A stretch of 61,217 bases of DNA, filler included, from Nemertoderma westbladi (Eukaryota > Animalia > Xenacoelomorpha): NCBI GenBank assembly GCA_032718475.1. It is 3 parts of 3 records of this genome, joined end to end, with 100 filler letters (N's around TTAATTAATTAA, not from the genome) between each part and the next. Parts side by side here need not be neighbours in the genome. Positions count along the whole stretch, not along the records: positions 44,931 to 61,217 come from JAUCBJ010002181.1; 2 more parts are not named here. One strand, 5' to 3'. Made by a program: the position numbers and the translations under genes. The notes under the pieces were generated by a model. It did no database searches and was not told the DNA's origin. It saw only the letters and a list, made by a program, of their open reading frames with translations. The first letter of the stretch is position 1. Every line of letters starts with the position of its first letter. Shown here one piece after another: positions 51,393-61,217 of the stretch.

Positions 51393-52247
51393 GTTCAATA
51401 TTTTATCCATCGTCTACCTAATTTTCATGATATTGATTCCTCTGATAAGAACACCTTCCCCGCTATCCTGGAACCGTTACATGAGTCGCTTCCTAAAAGC
51501 CCTGGCCACTTGTAGTTTCCTGTTTACGCTAACTAACGCGACAATCGTGATTCTGTTTGCGTCACAAGTAATCCCCGCGGAATGCAGTTGCCATGGAGAC
51601 ACATCCAATTGCCGGGAAGAAGTAACGCGGATATTAATGAGTCTCGGGTTCAGTGTCGTGACGTCATGGAATCAATGGAAACCAGTGGTGCGAGCCGTAG
51701 TGCCAGACATTATGGTATTTTGTTTCGCTTGTGCAACGCATATTATATGTAAAAGGAAATTAGTTTCAGTTTCACGAACGAATGCGTTTAGACCACAACA
51801 CATACTTCGTCTGTTGTATAAGAACGCACGAAATCACATTATATTACCTGGAATCCTTCCCCCCGCTCTGGTTATACCATCTGCGATATCAGCCGTGTAC
51901 TTTCTGATACTTCTGTTAATATTGAATTGTATTGCGATTGGTAGAGTTAGTCCCTTAATGTCCTATAAATTCCGTGTTTTTATTGGCGTATATTCGGCCA
52001 TTCATCTAATCGCTATGTACATGGGCCAACTCCCGGTCACGGATAGACAGGATAAGGAGTACCTCAGGCGAATTCTCGGGCTCCCCATATTTATTCAACA
52101 CCAATGCGAGTATTTCAATGAGATGTTTTTCCGTGAGATAAAAGTTGACAAGGCTATTCACGTTGTCTCAGTCTGGTTACTCAACGCATTGTGTTTTTTC
52201 TCAGTTCGTCACCGGGACTATCAACCAAAAGTAGAAGGTAAATCAAG
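51393..52247 (+). CDS. PIEZO: Piezo mechanosensitive channel, N-terminal exon (a short upstream exon was not located)
   Basis: Acceptor TTTTTTTCAG; (R)FNILSIVYL, VVPDI and PSAISAVYFL Piezo N-terminal motifs; phase-2 donor GTAAGA at 52248. Confidence 0.85.
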
Positions 52248-52595
52248 GTAAGAAGAGCGATCCATAAAGTGTCCGTGAAAATTAAAACAATCAAACATAA
52301 AGTTCACAACATTGAAGCGTTCAGTTCATAGAGGTTCAGTTTCACCTGAGCCGTTTCGGTTGATTTTTTAATTTAAAACCACTTATTAAAGTTATGTAAT
52401 AATTAAAGTAACGAAAACTTCAGTCTGTAGATAACAGTGTCTGGATGGAGGGTTCATTATGTATTACAGGCCTACCATATAGTACTACATAATATCGGGG
52501 GGGGGGGGGGGGGGGGATATAAACCAAACCGGCATCACCAGTGCCATGTATGCCCCAAGTAAGATATTTAATGTGATTTTTGCTTCCTTTTTCAG

Positions 52596-52663
52596 CGGAC
52601 CAACTAAAGGAGTGGCAGATATAACAATGAAAGTGTTTCTAGCAAGAAAATTCCGGACAAAAT
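52596..52663 (+). CDS. PIEZO: Piezo, 68-bp internal exon
   Basis: Acceptor CCTTTTTCAG, donor GTAAGA; bridges the phase-2 and phase-1 junctions of the flanking exons without a stop. Confidence 0.65.
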
Positions 52664-52931
52664 GTAAGAAACCTTATCATACTAAACTATATTCAATATT
52701 TCCCTTATGACTTTACTCTGTAATTCAGTGACATGACCCCCCCTCCCCCTCCCCCTCCCCCACCCACCTCCCACTCCAACAAAATTTTATACAAACTTTA
52801 ATGAGATTCTATTTGAAAAAAAAGGGTAGATTTACTTCCCACCTCCTTAGTTGGTGAGGCCGAATTTTTATTTTCGCTTTCAATCTGCAGCTAGAAGCGT
52901 TTGAAAAAAGTATCTCCAGTTGCCTCTAATT

Positions 52932-53643
52932 GGAAACAGTTCCGTATAGCACTACAATTTTACAACATAAATCATGTTACCTTGGCAACATTGTAGAGTT
53001 CTAGAAAACAATTATACACTATTCTAGATCATAAATAAAATAAAAAATCATGTTCTAGAACATATAGCTAGTTATTTTTCAAATTTAAAATTGCCAGTAA
53101 TTAAAAAAAATATTCAAAAAATCTTTGAGGTACGAAATGCCCAAAAGTCAAATTAAGGCAATTAAAAGACAGGTACGGAGAAAAATAAGAATAATATACG
53201 ATGCCAGAGCTTTGTGTGAGAAGTGCATTAACTAGGCCTATGAAGATAAATTCTCCGAAAAACAACAGAATACATGTGGAGGCGACAGATCAGAAAAGGA
53301 GAACTAAACGGATTCCAAGAGATATTAAAGGCCAACAAAAAGCAATTCCCAATTAATAAATCAACTAATTACTTACATCGTTATCCAAAAACTCTATAAT
53401 CAATATTAATTTAAATTCATTCAGAAATTTATTTAAAAATAATTATTTTTTTAAATTTACTAGCTATTTTAAAATAAAAAAAAAACTAGCTTTATGTTCT
53501 AGAACATTATATTTTTTCATTTCATTATGTTCTAGAATGGTATATAATACTTTTCTGCTATTCTAACTTCTAAAACTCTTCAATGTTGCCATAGTAACAA
53601 TGATATATGTTTTAAAAATGTGGTGCTATACGGAACTCTAGCC
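52932..53643. mobile_element. MITE/foldback in Piezo intron
   Basis: IR AGTTCCGTATAGCAC / GTGCTATACGGAACT, extended by imperfect inner IRs with TGTTCTAGAACA motifs; flanks CTCTAATT/CTCTATTT. Confidence 0.75.
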
Positions 53644-53823
53644 CTCTATTTAACCATGTTGCGCTGCACAGTTATTTTGAGTTTGTTGCTACTAATAGAA
53701 AGCAAATCCGTGCAAGAATTCCAAATATGTAAAAATATTTGAATTTGGTTGGGAAATAGCTGAGATATGGGCAAACGAATGTTGAATGTATTTGTTTCCG
53801 CTGCAGGCCATTTATTCTATTTA

Positions 53824-54737
53824 AGGGGTTGCACCAGTTGGTTACGGGGTTTGGGGGGGGGGGGGGGGGGGTTGCACCCCCAACTTGAACCTCACATTTT
53901 TGTGTCTCTGGACCATAAAATTGGCTGAAAATTATTTTTTTGCTACTAAACATCGTCTGGACTGTGTGAGAATAACCAAACCAAATATTTTTAAAATTGA
54001 CCCCAAAATGGCTCCGTAATGGCCAAAAGTGCCTTTTTGCGCCAAGGGCTATTTCTCCACCAATATTTGTTGAAATTTCTCGAAATTTGGAATAAAGGTT
54101 CAGAAGAACCCTGCATCCAATTCTTCTGAACAAATTTTACCTCAAATGCTCTGGAGCCTTTTTAGAACAAAAAGTAAATAATAAAAAAGGCTCAATGGCA
54201 TTTCCAACCAAATTTGTTCAGAAGTATCGAGAAGGGTAATCTTTCCAAGTTTACCAAATTTCAACTCATTTAGTTAAAATTGGCGGAGAAATAGCCTTTT
54301 TCATGAAAAAACGTCATTCTGAGATATGGGTGTTTAAAGTTTAAGAAACAATTCAAACCTTCCCGCTATTTTAGATAATACCATTTTTCTATTTTCAACA
54401 ATAACTTTTTCAAAAACGAATGAAATTCAACGACATTTTTCATGCTTGCTAAACATATAACTAGTACAACAACTTTCTAGCAATTTTATTCATATCTGTA
54501 CTGTGAGAGCCTTTTTTATAAAAAGGGCCCCGTACAATTGTAAAATATAGTGCTGCTCGAAGGCTTTTCAAAAATAAGACTAGCTTTTACGTTTTGGGTA
54601 ATAACTTGAGTTTGAGAAAAGATATGAGAAAACTGCTTGCAGATTTGAAATCTTCATTAAATTCGGCACATGATAGAATAAAAATACTTTTTTGTCAATT
54701 TCCAAAATAGGGGGGGGGGGGGGGGGGGTGTTACCCT
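53824..54737. mobile_element. non-autonomous DNA element, second copy of the 31620-32410 family
   Basis: Colinear direct repeat with 31620-32410; TTAA-GGGG left end and CCC-TTAC right end. Confidence 0.72.
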
Positions 54738-55383
54738 TACCAGTGTTTTGCCTGTTTAGGGTCCTAGATGGAGCCTAAACTGCATTATTGGGCGCTGTAG
54801 TCCGTTTGAGTCGGGACTCTCTCTGGTATTTTGTTCCTCTATTCTGGAACAAAATGAATTTTTAAATAAAATAGTTAACATTTTGTATAACATTTTTTTC
54901 GAATAAACACTAACAAAAACCATAATTAAAAAATATACTTTGTAAATAGTTCCAGAACAAAATATATTTGTTCTAGAACAAATTGTTTTGAATATGAAAG
55001 CTAACTTGTTCAAATATCTTTTAGAAAAAAATTAACAAAAACTAGCTAGTTTAAAAGGTTTGGGATGGGGTGTGCCCAAAAGAAAGTAGAACAATTAACC
55101 ATGAATAGCTAACATGATTAACATTTCGTGTCAAAAAGTAAGGAACAAACTACTACAAAAAATGGCCAACTAAACTATATTTTCAAAAATCATGCGATTT
55201 CATTAAAAATAAGACATAACAGTTAAAATGTGATATTAAATAAATTGTATATAATAGTGTGTCTGTAATTAATTATTTTGTAATTATGTTTAAAATATTC
55301 TAGAAACTCATTTACCATGATAAAAAACTCATTATATGTCTTTGTTTATTTGTCTTTATCTTATCTTTGTTTTTGTTATTCAG

Positions 55384-58300
55384 CTGTTGTTGGTGCTGAT
55401 AAAAAGAAAAGGAAATTTTCCTGGATAGTTAACATTAAGACGTATATTGGCATATCTCTATCACACCTACGTTACCATATTTACGTGATGTCCTTGGTAG
55501 CCATGATTATCTGGGGATTTGTTTTCCACAGCTACTCTGGGCTTGTCCTTCTTGTTTGGAGTGGATTTTTATGGTCAATTCCGCAGACACGCGTGGTAAG
55601 CATGTATTCATCCCCATTACTGGTAATATTTGCTCAATTAACGATGCTTTCTCAGTATTACTACAGCTGTGTCGATATCGACAAACAAACTGCTGAATAT
55701 TTAAAACAAGTTGGTATAGCATACGATCTATCTTATGGAGCTTTATTTAAGGGAAGGTATCTGCTGCTTCAACTGTTCTTGACAATGATGTTTTGGTTGA
55801 CGTTTAGTTTGTTAGTAGAGAAGAAACGAGAAAAAAAACGTGGTAAGTCGCCATCAGATACCCAGCAGATGTCATCCATGCACCCAGCGACTCACGTCGT
55901 TTCACACATATTGGATATGATGCGACAGATATTGTGCAAAGTATGTATATTGTTATGTGTTGCAATGTTTTGCATCACATGTCTCGCTGAGAATGATGTT
56001 GTATTTTTTTACAAGATTTTATATATGGTGAGTATTCTGTTCTTTGGAATAATCTTTCAAGTCTCTGTTACATTTTGGTCGCGTATAATGAAAAGCTTCT
56101 GGTGGATTCAGTTACTATACTCATCGGCATTATTGGTTGGAATCTATACGTATCAGTTCGAGGCCGTTTGCAACTTTTGGCAAAGTCATCTTGCCGTGTC
56201 GCAATTGAGATATATCGGTCTTCACAAGCAAGAATACGACCATTGCAATTATGATGACTTGACCTCCTACAAAATGTTAATGCACCTTAGAATTCCAACG
56301 GCAATGTTTATTATTCTTAATATCCAGCTTCATACTTGTCATAAAGTCATCCTGGAAATAATTAAGCAACATGAATATTTCATTAATTATGGGAAGTTAC
56401 ATAATAAACCAAATATACTCAAACATTCAACCAGGTCCAGTTTACATACCAGTCACCTATTCATCGTATTGAAATATTTAAATAACAAATTTCGAAAGGC
56501 GTTATGGAGTCTGTTAAATAAATGGATTGATGCAGGAATAAATATTGTTATCATATATGCATGCGTGTCGGAAATATGCTTTATGAATATTGTTATACTT
56601 TTTGCTGCAATGGTTACCATTATATGCAATGAGACGATCAGAACCTTCCTTTATATTCTCATAAACTTATATTGCAGCGTCATAATATTATTGAAAATGT
56701 TATACCAGGTAACAGCATATCAAGAGGCAATTCATCAGTTATTTACTATCTTTCGGGACAATTGTCCTATAAAACAAGAGTACAATAATACGACAGTTAT
56801 ATTCGGGTTGAAAAGCATTGGGGTTGAATTACACACTCTTATTGATGGCAATATGAGTTTGTTTGGTTATGTAAATGGTCAACTTTTTGTTATAATTATG
56901 TTGGTTATACGTACTCTGACACGATATCATGAGATGTCTCCCAAATTATCTGACATTGAATCTATGTCGCAGATGCCTCCTTCGACGGTACCAATAAACT
57001 CCATTGGTTATTATTATATTAGTGTATTCGCTGCAAATTTGTCAAAAATTGCTAAAATATTTGTGGGAGATCACATTATTGCGATGATGATTGCAACAAA
57101 TATTTGCCTTAGAGTGGACGCGGTGGCTTGCATTCAATGCCTTTGGCTAATGTGCGTGTTAAATTTTAGCAAATCGAGATGGTCACAAGTACTCTGGACA
57201 TCATATTGCATTTTTCAATTCAACTTAGTAATTTGGATGTATTATGTACGGGTTGAATACTCAAGAGTTATATTGTGCAGTGCTGATGGCATGGAAAACT
57301 ATAATAATAATAACTTCAATCATTATTGGGCTAAGTGGTTTCCATTTATACCTAAAATAATTGAGAATGCACCTGAACATAATCCTACAAATGAATATTT
57401 AATAATATCAGACTTCCTTGTTTTCCTGATGGTGTCTTGGAAATGGATGTCTCATTTACCAATTTCATCTGAAATTAAAGAGTACCTTCCGGTGCCTGCA
57501 CTGAAAAGGGAGAATGAATTTATTCATAATAATGGCCTCATCTTATATTCAATTATACAAGTTATTTTTAAATATATGTATCTTGTCACTTTGGTTGTGA
57601 TCTGTTATGCAGCTATAAGTTCTGAATCGTTTTTTGGCTTGGGATATATATTGTTCTCTATTTATTTGTCTTGGGAAGCCAAGGATGCGATTCTCCATAG
57701 CAAATCAAAGTTAACTTCAAAATGGAATTGTCTTCTCTACTATATTGTTGTAGTGATTTTTATTAAATGTGGCTTGCAATATATGGCATGCATTCACTAT
57801 ACATTATTTAACATAAAAAAACAATCCGAAATATGCATCCTTGCAGACATATTTAATATGGGATGCATTCGGTTTGACTTCCAAATATTACAACACAAAA
57901 AAGGAGAACACTATTGTGGAAAAGAAGATGAATGGGATTCCAACCAACCTCTGCACTCCAATAAAGGATTTCTTTTTGGCGATTTAATGAGTTTTATATT
58001 TACTGTTTTACAGCGGCGAATTGTTGGAAGCAAATACATGAGCGTTTTCCATTGGGAATTTAAAATGGAAACTTTGCAAACATATAGAGGAGGTGAACTT
58101 ATTAATGGCGCTGTAATGGCTGAAGCAAAAATGCATCATATAGAAGAAGAGTTTGAACTTAATGTATTAAAAATGGCCGTAGAAAAAATAAAGGAGAAGG
58201 ATAAGGAAGAACAACGGGGGAAGTTCAACGTTTCTAAAGAACCACAGTCACATGTACAGGCAATATACCGGGGGGAGTTTTTCGATTACTCGGAAAAGGC

Positions 58301-61082
58301 AATGGAAGAGTTTACAGCTGATCGTGACGATAATCCTATAGATAACATATGTGACAATAAGAGGCACCATAGAGCAACGACAAACCATTCACACACTGCA
58401 TTTACCCATGTCATGGGATCTATACCAAGAAGATTCTCAGCTGATCCAGACACGTTTTCTGTGCCAATAGAAAACATAAATATTTCAATCACAGCTGATG
58501 ATGATCTTACAAATCAAAAGGAGGAAATAAAACACAGACCCCATGCAACAAGTAACTGGAATAAGATTGCAGTACTGGACAGTTTACAAAGCATCTCCCA
58601 CAAAGATAGCACGATATACTATGACGCGACTCTTGATGAACCAATAAATAAAAGAGTGATACCAGGTTTGTGGATTCTTAGTTTGCTGCTTGATTCCACA
58701 CTTGATATTATAAGTTCAGCCTCTTTTCATTACAGAAAAACTGCAATCATCCTATATCGTGAAAAGCGCCAAATGTGGGAAAAAATGGAGCAGGGTGACT
58801 CATTTGAAAATGTATCCGAATGGTACCTTAATGCAAAGTTAGAACTGACGTCAATTCAAGGAAATTCACAATCTGATTATGAAGAATTTGATGTCATGGA
58901 ACAGAATGTTCCAAGAATGGCACGGTTACTTTATGGGATTTTCCACCTTTTAGTGCAATATTCAAATATAATAGTATATTGTATAGTAGTCATCAATCAC
59001 ATGCATAATTCATCAGTTTTATCTGTGGTTATGCCAATTGCAGTATTTGTATGGGGTATGCTGTCTGTACCCCGTCCTACCAGAAGGTTTTGGTTATTTA
59101 TGGTTGTTTATTCAATTGCAATTATCATTATTAAGAATTCAATAGATATACTTATAACTGCCGAAGTGAAAAAATCTGAAATACTATTGATATTAATTAG
59201 TGATCCTCATATTCATAGTTACGACGTTGCGGTCGTGATATCCATAATTTTCCATATATTTATTTTAAGATATTATGGTGTCTGGGACACCAATTTACCA
59301 AATGAAACCCCCATTGAAAAAGTAAGTCAAATTAAGTCTCAAACTATGCAAACAAAGCCAGATGTCTCTCATCAAACGTTAGAAATTGATGCCCAATCTA
59401 ACCCTAAACCAAAATCTTTCATCATAAGATTCTACAAGGAGTTAACAAATCCCAAACTGAATATCCAACGAGATGTGTACACCATTATGCTTATGTGCGA
59501 TGTTATATCCTTTTTCATTTTTACTGTTCAATTCAACAGTTTTATAGGTATGGGTGACATATTCACACTGTTTAAAGAAAGTCAAGTGCCAATCACGTGG
59601 TTATTGATGGGAATGAGTCAATTCGCTTTTATAGTTATTGATAGAGCATTGTACCTAAGAAAATATATGATGGGAAAATTTATCTTTCAGATTGTACTCG
59701 TCTTATTGTTTCATGTTTGGTTGACTTTTCTTGTCCCACAATATGTTTCAGAAAGTTTGACATCAAATCACAGAGCTGTACAACGGTGGTACTACCTTTT
59801 CAAATGTCTCTATTTCGCATTTAGTGCCTACCAATTGCGAAGTGGATATCCAAATTTGATCCTGAAGAACTTTATAACAAGAGAATATTCCATCATTCGA
59901 TATGCCCTCTTTAAGTCATTTCATATGATTCCGTTTCTCGCTGAGATGAGGTATATAATGGACTGGATGTGGACAGATACTACATTAACATTGCGAAGAT
60001 GGATAAATGTTGAATGCATTTACAACACTGTCTACCTCGCTAAATGTTACAGGGAATTTGAATTAAACTTTCCTTATGCGAGAGGACGTGGTCAGACAAT
60101 CGCAGTTAAATACCTGATCGGATTGACTATAATCATTGTGCTGAATCTGATTTTGTGGTTCCCTTTCATATTCATGGTTCTTGGGTCTTTATTTAGCCAA
60201 CCTAATCCCCCAATCGCAGCGTGTGCTTCTATTACTGTCAGTGGATACCATCCTCTGTGGGAAGGTAAAATTAGCATCCCTAAAAAGTACAACGTTTCTG
60301 AACAAATTGAATTAAAGAAAAACTTTGCCAGCCTGGGAATTGGTGACAGCATTGATTTGGAGCCTGGCATAGGTCTATTCGAACTACGATTCGATTCACA
60401 TAGTGCTCAATCATGGACCATCAGTAAAAAGGCCAAGGAAAAGTTAATCTCTGAAAAGGAAAACATCACTATATATTTTGAATTGACTGTCGATTTTCAA
60501 AATATTACATTTGGAAATAAACGATTATCTGTATTATTTGAACACCATGATTCTGCAAAGAATTTGATACATATTCTTAAAAAAACAAATGGTATAAATA
60601 AATATTACGTGCCAAACTTGATCCCCAAATTAATCCGCATGTCAGGCACAGACATCGTAGAACCAAGAGAGTTCGCAAGTCATAGAATTAATATAGCTCT
60701 GGAGCGATCTGTTTCAAAGGGTGCTGATTACTGGTCCATCACATCTGGGAATGGTGGGGATATTGTTATAACTGTGAGGTCAACAGCTAGGGTAACCAAT
60801 AAGGGTATTAGTGAGTGGATCCACAAGGGAATAGTTGGTTTATTTGTTGCGGTAGTTTTCGTATTTGCCCGAATGCTAAGAAGAACTTTAGTAGAGGGGG
60901 CCACACAGAGAATAATGTTCGAGGATCTACCCAACCCCGAGCCTATATTGCGATTGTGTCGAGATATATTCCTCGTAAGAGAGGTCGGAGAACTAACATT
61001 AGAAGAAGATCTCTACGCTAAACTTATATATATCTACCGTTCGCCGCAAACTTTGATACAACTTACACGAATGAAATATTAA
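55384..61082 (+). CDS. PIEZO: Piezo mechanosensitive channel, 5.7-kb terminal exon
   Basis: Acceptor TTATTCAG; multi-TM ORF with WGMLSVPRPTRRFW, VIDRALYLRK, SAYQLRSGYP, PFLAEMRYIMDW (PFxxE-x6-W signature), IMFEDLP and LYAKLIYIYRSP. Confidence 0.96.
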
Positions 61083-61217
61083 TTGATTTGAACTAGTTAC
61101 TGAAATTAAAATAATATCTTTGTATACATTATCAATGTTAAGCAGTAAGAGAGATGAACCTTTGCATTGCCTCCGGCTTTTCGTGTCTCACACATTCACA
61201 ATCACTTCCTAAATACA

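Noticed and set aside
55317-55383. ATG start of the 1921-aa ORF
   Set aside because: Intronic polypyrimidine tract; the exon begins at 55384

Overview
AT-rich, repeat-dense animal (invertebrate-like) genomic window made of three contigs joined by artificial 100-bp N44-TTAATTAATTAA-N44 linkers. Host genes: an intronless, GC-rich ELAV/Hu gene (13570-14709 +); the first exon of a secreted or surface Ig-domain protein (24228-25095 +); the last two exons of a class A neuropeptide-type GPCR (40655-40801 and 33575-33796, -; absent from the ORF track); and a divergent, intron-poor Piezo channel (51393-61082 +, with a 5.7-kb last exon). Mobile DNA: a frameshifted hATm-type transposon with a perfect 8-bp TSD, many nested MITE/foldback elements, two RTE-clade LINE fragments, a decayed L2-type LINE, a type I hammerhead ribozyme, a tRNA-like relic and several minisatellites. 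The most unusual object is a 4.5-kb element (26139-30639). It has two ~1.23-kb INVERTED arms, each bounded by TG...CA like an LTR, a near-perfect 5-bp flanking duplication, and one 482-codon reading frame (two premature stops) encoding a triple zinc-knuckle protein. It carries no transposase, integrase or RT. All calls are by eye; no searches were run.
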